Assembly: GCA_001662655.1 (NCBI GenBank)
Contig: KV460211.1
Reading direction: 5' to 3' (one strand)
DNA length: 64,000 nucleotides
DNA from: Pseudogymnoascus verrucosus
Lineage: Eukaryota
Positions 36,924-49,018 of this stretch are shown in pieces. The notes below the pieces were generated by a model that worked only from the letters and a program-made list of their open reading frames with translations, searched no databases and was not told the DNA's origin. Positions within the stretch are counted from its first letter, which is position 1, and each line of letters opens with the position of its first letter. The position numbers and the translations under genes were made by a program.

Positions 36924-39869
36924 TCACTCCTTCTTCCCCACTTCCTCCTTCCCCTCCTCCACAGCCACCACCGCCTCCTTAACAGCCTCCAACTCCCCCA
37001 TCCGTCTAAAATACGCCTTCAGCCTCGGAAACTCATCCCCACCGCCCCTCGCAGCCACAATCGCCCTCAGCACCGGCCAAAACGCAAAATCGGCAATCGA
37101 CGGCGCTGACCCAGCTATGAACGCATCCTCAGCCGCGTACGTCTCCCATGCGTCTAGGGCGCGCGGATCGCTCTTGCGGCGCGCACCGAGGTCGAGGGCG
37201 TGATGGAGGCGCGTGAAGAGGCGAGAGTACTGGAGTGGGGTGGGTGCGGGAGAGGGCGCGGCGTAGACCATGTATAGGTACAGGAAGATGGCAGAGGGGC
37301 TCTCGATGGTAGAGCGACTGAGGTCCGTGTCGACTAACTTCATGACCGGTGCGTCTGCCGTCCCGAGACTGGGGTCGACGGGTGCGGCGATGCTGCTTGA
37401 GGTCCAGTCTAGGCCCAGTTGTGCGAGGTATGCTACGATTCCAATATCGACGGTGGGGTTGCCTGACAATAGGAGTTTGCGAGTATTGGAGATGTGGAGA
37501 GCGTCGAAACCCTGGCCGTATACCTCGGGCCAGTCGAAGTCGCTAGAGCGGTTCTCAGTCCCAAAAGCCTCGATCATCTTCTGAGCAACAGGCGTGGGTC
37601 CGTTGACAACAGGGCGCGCGTGGCGCTTGTGTTTTGCGACGGCGCCTTGACCCCAAACTTTGGCTTGGTCTTTGTCGAGGAAGGTGCCGATGAGGCGGAA
37701 GGTTAGGGAGATGCGCACGCCGCTGTACTCGAGCTCTTCGGGGGATTTGTCACGCTCGAGGCGCTTGTCTTGGCGGATGCTGTGGAGCCAGCGCATGTTG
37801 GTCATTAGGCCCATGCGGCATAGGGAGTTATGAGGTAGTGCAGCTTTGCATGTTGAACGCGGGTTTTCCTCGTCTGTTTGGAGCTGTTTTCCATCCTTTA
37901 GGATTCTCTTGGTTCTGAAAGTCATGGTGCGTTGAGCCCCGAGGCTTACATTGGCGATATAGGTGTCAGGAACGATATCTAGGGTCTTATCACTGTGCTC
38001 TGAGATGTAGTCGGTTCCGCTACGGTAAAGCTGGATCAGGCAGTGGTTGACTGGGTGACCTAGCTTCTTCTCGACTTCCCGCCGAATGACGTTTACTACG
38101 GGAGAGAATTCGAGCAGTGGCGGAGACTCATCTGCCGGGTGTCGATAGATAGGAATGCTTCCATCTTTTCCTATCTCACCCTGAACAGCGACTAGCCTCG
38201 GAACCTCCCCACCTTGGTGCGACATCCTCTGCCACTGTACCTCTGTCTTGACCCTCTCAAATATCCCTGCCTCGTCTTTACTCGGAAGCAGATCAGTTAT
38301 AATAACTGTGTCGCCCTCGCAAATCGGCTCTCCTTCTGTGGAGGTTAAAGATGATTCATCGCTGTCACTGCTCGAAGGTTGCTCATCTGCCTTCAGACCG
38401 TTCTCCTTTGCTGGTATCGGAGCTACCACGGCAGCCTTACCAGTGGGAGCAGGTGGAGAAACAATCGATTCCTTCTTACTCGGCTCATTTTCTTGGGTTC
38501 GAGGCGTCGGGGTTGGCTTCTCTGGTACTGGCGTAACGCCATTTGACTCATCTTTCGCCTTTTCCTTGCCCTTCACCGAGCTTTCCACAGGAGCCATAGT
38601 AGCGGACGGTGAGGGCGACGCTGTCCCCTTCGATTGCTTTGGATCAACTCTAGACTTGCTCTCGCCAGACTCGGGAGCCACACGGTTTGACGTACGGCGA
38701 CGAATTTTGATTTTGTTCGGAACACGGCTCTTGATAGTAGCTTCAGCTGTTGGTCGGGGTTGCGACGCCTCAGGCACCGGCGCATCCGAAGTCGTGGCTT
38801 CATTGGGTGCAGATCCATCGCGCACAGCTGAAGTTTGGGTATTCACATCCTTCTGAACAGCCTTTCCGGGGACGGGCTCCGCGATTGAAGCTGCTTTCGG
38901 ATCACTTTTCAGCTTCAACTTTTCCAGCATCTGGTTAATATTTTCGCTGTCCGGGTTTTGACGTACCGGCCTTTTCGATGCCGTCTTTTCAACTTTAGAC
39001 GATTGCTTGGGCTTCTTCTGAATCTCTTCAATGACGTATGAGCTAGTGGACATGTCGCAGCCAGTCGCCTCGTCTAGAGACCGTAGAGCTTGGTCATGTC
39101 TGGCCTTGCTTCGGTAGCCCAGGCAGTCGTCGACAAGAGTAATTGCGTATCCGTAACGTGCGGCGTCCATTGCCGTTGCGAACACGCTCATATTTGTCAG
39201 AGCTCCGCATATGAAAATCTCCGTGACAAACTGGCTCCTCAGAGTCTGTAGCAATGGACTCGATTTGAACGCAGAGTAGTACGACTTCGTGAAGAACATG
39301 TCCTTGGATTGGTCCACCACAGCTTCCAAAGCAGGTACCAGACCAGAATCGGATGCCCTGCCCTTGAGCGACATGTGTTCCTTCCCAGGCTCCAAAGACA
39401 GGAAAGCCTCGCTTTCTTCCACCGGCTCCTCTGGCTCATCGGGTGTAGTTTTATCATCCACCTCAATCGGCCCTGCTCCTTCCAAATCGGCCGACCCAGA
39501 AGATTCCGCAGAAGCTTCAGTAGCAAGCTTCTCCATCATCGCTTGTAATTTTTTGGAACCTCGTAATGAGTGTCTGGAGGGAGATGGCTTCGGAGGGCGC
39601 ATCACGACCTCGTCGTCGGTGATAACATTTTCGCATCGACTTGTGCCATCATTTATACGACGGGCTTGCTCGAATTCGCTTTTGACCCAAATGACTGTAC
39701 CGGATTGTCGGAAAACGGGGATCAGTTTCGCTACATGGTCGGCGAGATTTGGTGGTAGTTCGACGGGTGTTATCCCTCCGGGTGCAACGAGGTTCTTTTG
39801 GAGGTCGAGGACGAGTAGCGCCCGCCGTGTGCGCACGAACGGCACGTCGCCCTCATTGATCTTAAACAT
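36924..39869 (-). CDS. Fusion: isochorismatase-like hydrolase + AlkB-type 2OG-Fe(II) dioxygenase + GST C-terminal-like domain
   Basis: ALLVLDLQ, KSYYSAF, ICGALTNMSVFATA; NHCLIQLYRSGTDYISEHSDKTLD, WLHSI, RISLTFR; FIAGSAPSIADF...FPRLKAYFRRM. Confidence 0.85.
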   Translation of the reverse strand: MFKINEGDVPFVRTRRALLVLDLQKNLVAPGGITPVELPPNLADHVAKLIPVFRQSGTVIWVKSEFEQARRINDGTSRCENVITDDEVVMRPPKPSPSRHSLRGSKKLQAMMEKLATEASAESSGSADLEGAGPIEVDDKTTPDEPEEPVEESEAFLSLEPGKEHMSLKGRASDSGLVPALEAVVDQSKDMFFTKSYYSAFKSSPLLQTLRSQFVTEIFICGALTNMSVFATAMDAARYGYAITLVDDCLGYRSKARHDQALRSLDEATGCDMSTSSYVIEEIQKKPKQSSKVEKTASKRPVRQNPDSENINQMLEKLKLKSDPKAASIAEPVPGKAVQKDVNTQTSAVRDGSAPNEATTSDAPVPEASQPRPTAEATIKSRVPNKIKIRRRTSNRVAPESGESKSRVDPKQSKGTASPSPSATMAPVESSVKGKEKAKDESNGVTPVPEKPTPTPRTQENEPSKKESIVSPPAPTGKAAVVAPIPAKENGLKADEQPSSSDSDESSLTSTEGEPICEGDTVIITDLLPSKDEAGIFERVKTEVQWQRMSHQGGEVPRLVAVQGEIGKDGSIPIYRHPADESPPLLEFSPVVNVIRREVEKKLGHPVNHCLIQLYRSGTDYISEHSDKTLDIVPDTYIANVSLGAQRTMTFRTKRILKDGKQLQTDEENPRSTCKAALPHNSLCRMGLMTNMRWLHSIRQDKRLERDKSPEELEYSGVRISLTFRLIGTFLDKDQAKVWGQGAVAKHKRHARPVVNGPTPVAQKMIEAFGTENRSSDFDWPEVYGQGFDALHISNTRKLLLSGNPTVDIGIVAYLAQLGLDWTSSSIAAPVDPSLGTADAPVMKLVDTDLSRSTIESPSAIFLYLYMVYAAPSPAPTPLQYSRLFTRLHHALDLGARRKSDPRALDAWETYAAEDAFIAGSAPSIADFAFWPVLRAIVAARGGGDEFPRLKAYFRRMGELEAVKEAVVAVEEGKEEVGKKE

Positions 39870-41872
39870 ATCGTCGTGCTACTTCATGCGCACGCACGAT
39901 CAACTCCCCCTCGGATTGTATATAGCTGAAGAATGTGTTTTGGTTGGTGGAGTGGTTCGAGAATGCGGTCTGGAGGTTGGCCAACAATGGCGGGTGGGTG
40001 TCGAGTGGGCGGCGAGATCGGTATGCACTGGGGATCCTCTAGATCTGTGTTACGACAAAACTGCGAAATACAGCGGGGTTCTGCAGGTCGCCATTATATA
40101 TATATATATGTATATAGGGCGGTTAAAAGACAAAAGATCTTCCTGCGTTTCCGCGTCGGAAGTCACCCGACGTCGTGCTGTATGTAGGTAAGAGTATGTA
40201 TGATGTATGAAAATTGTTAAGTTTCGGGGTATTGAAACCATGTGGGTAGGATATTAACCAATTCCCATGTAGGGATGGGACAAATTTATTACTGCGTTTG
40301 TGCAATTCGGCCGATAGACAAGGGGTGTGCGGAGACAGATGCCTGTAAGAACGTGCGCGTAAGGATTTGGCACGTCCGGGAGTAGCTCTAGCAGCTATCT
40401 CACATATGACTCTCCTAGTATGGAAGGCGGGGAGGAGGAAGGAGACAGGGTGGAAAAGGTGGAGAGGGTATAGGGTAAAAGAGATCAGAGGGGGAAGAGC
40501 TAGAGGGTATAGAGTATATTGAGGTGCATGTTAAGTATATGCAGCACGATAATTATATGGACAATTAATCAAAGAGAGAGTAGAGAGGGTATGCGGATTG
40601 GTTGAGAGGAAAGAAATTGAGAAATTGAGGGGGAAGAGGAGAGGGGACGAGGAAGATGAGGAGAGATGGAGACGACAGGGCTGTACGGAGTATTCCGCAC
40701 AGTATGTACATTGCAGTATAGTATATAAATCTGCAGTACTCTTACTCTTCATTACATATATATATGCCTACTTTACTCTATATACAGCACAATATGCAGT
40801 AAAGTAGACTACATACGGAACACAATTGAGCGGTGACGACAGCTTGAATTAATTTATCTGGCGAACTAGCATCATGGATGCACGAGAAATAAGAAGCCGG
40901 TGCTGTACTGTGATGTGCTGTACATTAGCGGCCTGTACGATATCTTCACCAGTAAATTAGATATGGATCTGCTATATTATACATGCGTCAGAGCACACTT
41001 TACCACCACAGAGTAAGTACCATGCCGGCTTCTAACGGATGAAAAACACTCACCGCATCTATTACATTAGATTAGTGTTGGCGGATGCAGGCGCCGTAAA
41101 CGCGTGAGACCAACAGGCCATGTAGTGTGCGTCCAGCTACTCTGCCAACTCACCTACCAGAGTACGGCGCTTCTGTGACATGGACACGGTCAAGCTGCTT
41201 GAGACATGCATATGGCACACAGATCCCACTCCCATTCATTCTCAACATATTTCGTTGGCTGAGAAGATCAATAAGCAACGTTGACACCAACCCCCTCCCC
41301 TGAGAACAGACACAGAAAAGCAAACATGCCATACGCAATGTCAGACGGAGAGAGTCGATCCGCCACACAGCCTCGACAACGTGGTCCGAGAGGTCGGCCC
41401 GAGTCCACGGACTCCCGACCGCTGTCAATATCACCGTAATATTATCTGATTTTGAATATCAAACTCCCTATTGGGATACTCTCCGCCGTTCTTGGACGGC
41501 TGCATTCTCCCGGCCCTGTTACATGACCATATCTCATTTCATATTCTTCAAGGGGAAGAGTTTCTAGTTTCATCCACGAGTTTCGTACAGTAAGCAGTTC
41601 GGCATGAGCGTTGGAAGATGAAGCACCACCTATAATACGCATATTAATTAACGGCCGTAGTCACGTGCTGTTCATCCAGCAACGCCCCGCCAACGTGCTA
41701 CCCAAACGTGCCGAGGCATGATCACAAATTCTGGGGTAGCTTCATGATAGCCTTGGGCCATTTATGTGTACCGGTTGAAAAACCCGAACACATTCATTAT
41801 ATCTTTATGTACTAATTACCATTCTATTCTTTACTCTCTTCGAATATCCATAATCCCCATAATACCGCCGCC

Positions 41873-42829
41873 ATGTCTATCGAAGGATATACCAACTTCA
41901 AGTGGTTCCTCGTCACATCTCCCGCCGAGTATGTGGCCCATGTGCAAACCAACCGCCCGGCCAAGTTCAATGCCTACCACGAGCCCATGTGGCTGGAGCT
42001 GAACCAGATCTTCAACAAGCTCTCTGTCGACTCGAACGTCCGCGCCGTTGTTTTCTCTGGAGCCGGCGATAAAGCGTTCACCACTGGACTCGATGTCCAG
42101 GCTGCCAGCCAGGGCGGCATCTTGGGCGGCGGCGAGAACAAATTAGATATTGCTCGCCAATCCGTGCAGATCCGTCGCCATGTTGAGGAGTTCCAGAACT
42201 GCATTACCTCTTTGGAGAAGTGCGAGAAGCGTAGGTTCTTCCTTCCTCAATGGCTGTCCAGGGAGAAGTTACTGATCATGTTACAGCGGTTATTGCGGCT
42301 ATGCACGGCTATGCCTTCGGTCTCGCCATTGATCTGTCTTGCTGTGCGGATATCCGTATTGCCTCGAAAGATACGAAGTTCTCTGTCAAGGAGGTCGACA
42401 TCGGTCTTGCTGCAGACATCGGCACCCTCGCCAGACTGCCAAAGATCGTCGGCAACCACAGCTGGGTCAAGGAGGTGACATTGACGGCCCGTATCTTCAC
42501 CGCCGAGGAGGCACGCCAGGTGGGATTCGTTAGCCACGTTGAGGAAAACAAGGAGAAGGCAGTTGCGAAGGCCGTCGCATTGGCCACCCTGATCGCCTCG
42601 AAGAGTCCCATCGCTGTCCAGGGCACCAAGGAGCTCCTGAACCACGCGAGAGAGAACACCACTGCCGCAAGTAAGTCTCATACCCCCTCCATTTCGAGGG
42701 CACCCACTAACTATGATAGCTCTTCGTTACACTGGAGTCTGGAACTCTGCCGCTTTACACACCGACGACGTCAAGGCCGCTCTTCTTTCTGGGATCAAGA
42801 AGACGAAGCCTACATTCTCGAAGTTGTAG
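41873..42829 (+). CDS. Peroxisomal delta(3,5)-delta(2,4)-dienoyl-CoA isomerase (ECH1-like crotonase); introns ~42231-42286, 42671-42719
   Basis: FTTGLDV, VKEVDIGLAADIGTL, SKSPIAVQGTK; C-terminal PTS1 TFSKL*. Confidence 0.88.
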
Positions 42830-42954
42830 GGGGAAAACCTTGCAATTTATATCGCAATGTATCTGTGTTTGAGTATATACCGTAACGACTAGAAGGGAAG
42901 CTACAATAAGCAAATGAACATATATCAAAACTATCTCGCACTCTCACCGTAGTC

Positions 42955-43723
42955 CTACTCCTCCATCCATCTAAACTCCCCATAATCGCTCTCCGCCCTC
43001 CACCCACTCCCGTCCACCATCTCCTGTCTCTCCCCCCTCTCCCTCATCGCCTCCTCAACACTAATCCCCACTCCAAACCCCTCCACCCCCGTACCCCTCT
43101 GAACCTTCATCCACCCCCTCCAACACCCCACTACATCCGCCCCTTTCCCTCCCTCCCCGCCACTCACAACCCTCACCACCAATTCCCTCCCCTTACTCCC
43201 ATGCTCCCCATAAACCAACCACCTCCTCCCCTCCTCCAGACACCTCTCCACTCCCTCCTTCCCACATCTAACCACATAAACATGCCTCAACTCCTCCTCC
43301 GAGCAGCTCAACCTCGTAACATCAAACCGCCCATCCACATCCACCACCAGCGCGACGCCTGACCGCGGCGCCGTCACAGCAGTGGACACAATATGATACA
43401 ACAGCGCCTTGTAGCGCCCACACACGTACAGCTGTCCCCCGCGCCGATCCCAGATCTCGTCCAGCTCCGGGATACCCAGGCGGCCGGGCGCGGTGGTAGG
43501 GGGTTGTAGGGATTTGAGGTCGCGGAAGAGCTGTGGTTGTGGTTGTGATGTCAGCCTTGTGTCGTTATCGATAACGGACTTGTGCGGCAACTTCGCATCA
43601 TCACCACCACGCCCAGAACAAAAATCGGAGAAGAGAGGAAGGAAAGGGAAAGGGTGTACATGCCTCATCAAGCGTGCCGATTTCAATCTCACCTAGCAAT
43701 CGCGCTCCCTGCGCCGCCGCCAT
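42955..43723 (-). CDS. Divergent RAD51-paralog-like (XRCC2/Shu-type) protein; GC-AG intron 43531-43663
   Basis: MAAAQGARLLGEIEIGTLDE|LFRDLKSLQ...RLGIPELDEI...ALVVDVDGRFDVTRL...LRHVYVVR resembles the RecA-fold paralog core; Walker A not recognisable. Confidence 0.65.
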
Positions 43724-43771
43724 CACCACCCACTACCTAACTGCCGCCACGAGCGATTGTAGAGCAACAAA

Positions 43772-44115
43772 ATGTCACCCCCCGTCGAAACCTTCAGCGC
43801 GGCCGAGCTGCCCACGCGCGTGCTGGGCGACGTGAACGGAAAGCGTCGGAAAGGGATTGAAGGGCTGAAGCTGGAGGAATGCGAGATGTTGGAGATACTG
43901 CAGTATTCGTGTGTTATTCAGGGTTACGAGAAGGGGGAGGTGACGAGGGAGTCGATTGTCCAGTGTACGCCTATTGCGAGGTTGTTTAGGAGGTGAGTTG
44001 ATGATGCGGTTGGGGGTAGAATGGGATGTGCGCTGATGATTGTAGGTGTCAGGATCGGAAGGGGAGTTTTTTGGTTGAAACGACGGCGTGGGAGGGTGAG
44101 AAGACGGAGAAGTGA
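43772..44115 (+). CDS. SOM1: Mitochondrial inner membrane peptidase subunit Som1-like; intron 43993-44045
   Basis: MSPPVETFSAAELP...CEMLEILQYSC...VQCTPIARLFRR|CQDRKGSFLVETTAWE. Confidence 0.75.
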
Positions 44116-44511
44116 GGCTGGAGAGCTGGGAACTTATATGGATATTTGGCGCTGGTGGGAGGTTTGGGCGATTCGGCGTTTATGGGTTGATTGGAGTTAT
44201 TGGGCTTCAGCTACTGGGTTAAGTTACTAGGCTCAAATTACAAGATGGATATCACATAGCAAGAACAGCGACTCTTCTACAGAGGATACACAAGAGATCC
44301 TGAGACCTTTTATTCGCTGATACCACGGGATATAGCCATATCGCCGGCGACAAACCTATCCCGAAAACCATTGCCATCCGTTCCTGACACCTCAAATCTC
44401 TGTAACCAGTCACATTCCCTATTAGTCTTTCTCTGAACGCCTCGCTATGCTTCAAATCCCAGAGCGCCACCCACATCCCAAAATCGCACCTCAGACCCCA
44501 TCCCACGCCAA

Positions 44512-45608
44512 CTAATTTTTAGCCCTCGTTGTAGACTGCCTGCCGTACTTCCTCCCAGCATCGATTAAAATACCCCTCTCACTTCCGTCCAACTCAGGCT
44601 TCGCGGCGGGGGCTTGCACAGTGTTTAACTTGAGATCTTGCATAGCCAGATCCCACAGCTCATGCCTGTGCTTCTTCGCAGGATTCTTGAGGAGCGACTT
44701 CCTAACGCCCTTCTGGTCTCCAACCTTGCCAACGCCAACTAGACGTCGCAGAGCCTCTTCTCCGTGTCTCGATGCCTCCGTCGCCTTCTCTCTTATTTTT
44801 CTGGGGTCGGTCTCCCGGTCTGGCATGACCTCAGTTGCTTTGTATGTGTGCTTGCTGGGGAAAGCCGGGAACTGCTTCGGTATGAATGGTTTCGTGAGCT
44901 TATCCACCGCGCCGCTGAGCTCTTGGCCGAGGAGTTCGGGGATGACCTGGACATCTTGTATCTCTGGCTCCTGAGCTTCGAAGACGAGTTGGGTCTTGGA
45001 TCGCGGAACGGGAGGTTTGAGATGGGGTCTGAGTAGACTGTCTGTGAGTCCATGCCGTCGAAGGGCATATTCGTAATCGAGGGGTATAGGTTGAGCTCGG
45101 CGGCAGGAGAGCATCGATTCAGTCACGTAGGAGAGGAACTTGTCCGCATCTAAATGGACGTTAGTTATGTGCTTGCTCGATGCAAACTAGGGTACATACA
45201 TGCGCTAGCCTGGGCGCATATGCTCTCCAAGGCCTCTTTCGAGGCGCCATCAAATCCGACGTGGTTTAGGATCAACGCAGCAGATCGCTCGAGCAGGTAT
45301 TGAGGCTCCTCCGCGAAGAGAGGTTTGGTGTATGGTACGGCGGTGATGAGGTCGTCCCATGAGACGCTTTGTGGTTCGACGGTGACTGTGATTGCTTCCT
45401 CTGCCTCTGAAGTGCGCAGTCTTTTTGCAGCTGGTTCTTCAGATGGCCTACGTGCTGTTTGGGTGGAGCTGGACCGTTTTCTTGACGGTAGAGAAGGCGC
45501 ATCTGGAGAGTTTGCGTCTTCTATCCCGCCGCTGGCTACGGATTCTGGCCGTGACGCAGGTATTGATTTCGGGCTTATTGGCCCTTTTGGAATATCTGGT
45601 TCCTCCAT
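44512..45608 (-). CDS. TAF8: TFIID subunit 8 (histone-fold/bromodomain-associated + TAF8 C-terminal); intron 45150-45199
   Basis: LLERSAALILNHVGFDGASKEALES, SCRRAQPIPLDY, FIPKQFPAFPSKHTYKAT, DPRKIREKATEASRHGEEALRRL. Confidence 0.85.
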
Positions 45609-45857
45609 CCCAAGAATCTGAGTTGTCGCATGTGCTTCCGCACCATATCCTTCTCGTGGGTGGTAGTTGTGAATCTGATGTCCGGGCCTGGAGAGCTGGT
45701 CGCGACGCGACGCTGATTGGCCCGGCATCCTCAGGCTCGACATTCTCGCCTTAGCTCCTACCGCTGAGCCGACGTCCTCCACCTCACGTCAATCGTCACA
45801 ATAAGCAATCACAACTCCCGAACCCAGTTCGCTCTACAACATCACTCTCCTTTCAAA

Positions 45858-46351
45858 ATGGCCATCAAACCAATTACCGGAGTAAGTAATTCAATTGGAT
45901 CTCAGCTCCAGCTGTGATCGGTGCCGGCGGTGGTGCCGCGGAGTTGTCGTTCCTTGGCTGACCTCTTTTTGCAGATGCTCCGCAGGGGCCTCGTCCTCGA
46001 CCTCAGTATCGCCTTCGGTGAGTAATGATGGGCTGTCGCTATGTCAGATGGAAGGGGCTATTTGTCTATGGGTTGCTGGCGTACAATTGGCAGAGACGTG
46101 CAATTGATGGACGGATGGCCCTCGCTGTCTGGCAGGCACTTGGAGGGAACCTTGACTGATGTGACTGGAAATAGGTATTGGAGGTGCTACCGGATACGCT
46201 TTCTGGTGTGTATAATCAGCTACTCATTCTATCTACGTGGGCTATGCGTTAACTTTTATATAGGTACGGCTACCACATGCCAATCGTCCACAGGCGCGAT
46301 GCATACTACGCCAAGCTCGAGGAGAAGAGAGTCGCCAACCAGATCCAATAA
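45858..46351 (+). CDS. COX9: Cytochrome c oxidase subunit VIIa; three introns
   Basis: Spliced MAIKPITGMLRRGLVLDLSIAFGIGGATGYAFWYGYHMPIVHRRDAYYAKLEEKRVANQIQ*; absent from the ORF track. Confidence 0.9.
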
Positions 46352-47351
46352 GTCAAAGATTGCGGATTCCATGTTCGATTGGGAAAGCAAAGGGAGGATT
46401 CATTGGAATATAGGATGGGATAGGGCTGGTGGAATAGAAGGTGGTTGAAGATACTCGATGGTGCCCTTGAAGGGTCGAACTGTACAAAACGCCAAGCGGT
46501 CCTGAATAGAACATCAACTCAGTAATCTTTGTTATATGCTGCCTTTTGAGCTCTGCACTGGTGAATTCTGTGGGCTAACATCCATTGCTGGGCTGGTCTG
46601 GGCTGGTATCCACGTCATGAAAGCAAGTTGGCCGTAGGCTCTTCCATCTGCTTCCTGCGTTGGTATGGGTTATGAAAGCTTCACGAGCCTTTCAGCGTCT
46701 GAACAAGCCATGCTATATGGCAGTTTCACTTTGTTATTTCCCGGAACTCTATGGCATAGGAACTTGCAGACTACGATTGATGACGAGGGGACGTGGGGGG
46801 CTAATTGGCATGCAAAGTTGAAGTACTTCACGCTTTGGAACGCTTTGAAATACAACAACTTGCCAATGGATGTTATTAAATGGAACAATATATCTATAGG
46901 ACGCCAGGGACAATACTCTGTAAGCCTAACTTGCTGAAATTCACTTCGTCTTTACTGAATTTTCCTCTTCACTCTTGATCGGCCATAACCGGAAGCATGC
47001 ATTAATAGGTACAGTTACAAGAGCCACCTGCCAAGAAATTCAAAAATACTCTCTTAAACAAGATATATCAGAAGAAGACCATAATTAAAACATATTTTCT
47101 CTATAATATGACGCTGTAATAGTAGAACTCCCCTTAGTAAACTCGATTTGCAACTGGCCAGTGTTTTTGATTTTGGTGGTTCGAGTGACTTTCAATCGGC
47201 GCCCACCCAACCTTAAATTTTAGCGCGGAAATAAACGACAACCCTAACAATTCCCACACTGACTTTGACGATAGCGAAGTCATCTGAGATCGAAGGATAT
47301 TTCTACGCTTTCACCACCTTCAACTCGAAAGAAACGTCAATCCCGCCCAAC

Positions 47352-48635
47352 ATGACGGAACAACTTATCCTGAAGGGCACCCTTGAGGGCCACAGCGGCT
47401 GGGTCACCAGCTTGGCTACCTCAATGGAGAAGTAAGCGCAAAACTGGCAGCGAAGTTTCTTCGAAGAATATCGATGCTGACGTTCTGGATAGCCCAAACA
47501 TGCTCCTGTCTGGTAGCAGAGATAAGACTCTGATCATCTGGAACCTGACCCGCGATGAGAGCTCTTACGGATACCCCAAGCGCTCCCTCCACGGCCACTC
47601 CCACATCATCTCCGACTGCGTACGTTCAACCATTTTTGCCAAGATGGCGATTGTGAAGAAGGAAAATTAACACGCGCGCAGGTCATCTCCTCCGACGGTG
47701 CCTACGCTCTCTCTGCCTCGTGGGACAAGACCCTCCGCCTCTGGGAGCTTTCCACCGGCACCACCACCCGTCGCTTCGTCGGACACACCAACGATGTTCT
47801 CTCCGTCTCCTTCTCCGCCGACAACAGGCAGATCGTTTCCGGCTCGAGAGATCGCTCGATCAAGCTCTGGAACACCCTTGGTGACTGCAAGTTCACCATC
47901 ACCGAGAAGGGCCACTCCGAGTGGGTTTCCTGCGTCCGCTTCAGCCCCAACCCCCAGAACCCGGTTATCGTCTCCTCCGGATGGGACAAGCTCGTCAAGG
48001 TCAGTACACTACTCCATCGGCAGAATCGCGCGCATGTGGACCTATATGATGTTACAAACGAATTAAAGTATTTGCTACTTCAGAGCCTGGGAGACCTTGC
48101 CATGAGACAAACATTCACCAAATTTCTGATATGGTCCACAAAGCCGCATTTTGCTAATTAAAAATATGCAAAAACAATGATCACGTTTACTGACTTTTGA
48201 TCAATTCAGGTTTGGGAGCTCTCTTCCTGCCGCCTCCAGACCGACCACATCGGTCACACCGGCTACATCAACACCGTCACCATCTCCCCTGACGGATCCC
48301 TGTGCGCCTCCGGTGGCAAGGACGGAACCACCATGCTGTGGGACCTCAACGAGTCCAAGCACCTCTACTCCCTCAACGCCGGCGACGAGATCCACGCGCT
48401 GGTCTTCTCCCCCAACAGGTACTGGCTGTGCGCCGCCACCAGCTCCAGCATCATCATCTTCGACCTCGAGAAGAAGAGCAAGGTCGACGAGCTCAAGCCC
48501 GAGTTCGCCGTCGTCGGCAAGAAGAGCCGCGAGCCGGAGTGCGTCTCCCTGGCGTGGAGCGCTGACGGACAGACTCTGTTCGCTGGTTACACCGATAACC
48601 TCATCCGCGCGTGGGGCGTCATGTCGAGGGCTTAG
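47352..48635 (+). CDS. cpc2: RACK1/Cpc2/Asc1 WD40 ribosomal protein; three introns
   Basis: [74 protein letters not shown]. Confidence 0.97.
48038..48137 (+). ncRNA. snR24: Box C/D snoRNA U24 (snR24) in intron 3 of RACK1/cpc2
   Basis: Box C ATGATGT at 48046, guide TATTTGCTACTT + D' CAGA, C' ATGAGA, box D CTGA 48126-48129, terminal stem GGACC/GGTCC; U24 is known to be hosted in ASC1/cpcB introns. Confidence 0.9.
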
Positions 48636-49018
48636 ATTAGGGGTTTGCTAAATGGTTAAATCTGCTGTCGGGCTGGGGATTAGGGAACTGCGGGGCTCTT
48701 TTGCGATATCTGGCTCTTCCTCGGGGCGGGTTGTATTTCACGGGATGTTTGCTTTAGGGCAGACGATCGGTGGAAAATAGGAACTTTCAAACGTAAAAAT
48801 CTATCCTGCGATCCCTAGTTGTGCGTGTGATGGTTTTTTGTGATTTCGATGCATTGCATGTTAGGGAATAATAAAAGTTTTTTATTCTTCGAATATACTC
48901 TGCACCGTGACAGATATACATATACTTCCCAATATAATTATGGCTCAAACTCCATCCACAGATTTGCAGATACGCCCCCAAACTCCACCCCTCCATCCAA
49001 ACGCCAGCCCTTACGTGC

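Noticed and set aside
39289..40191. 300-aa plus-strand ORF and other long antisense ORFs
   Set aside because: Antisense shadows of real genes caused by codon bias
46665..46937. 90-aa ORF between COX9 and RACK1
   Set aside because: No recognisable family or supportive codon pattern; could be a relic but cannot be supported
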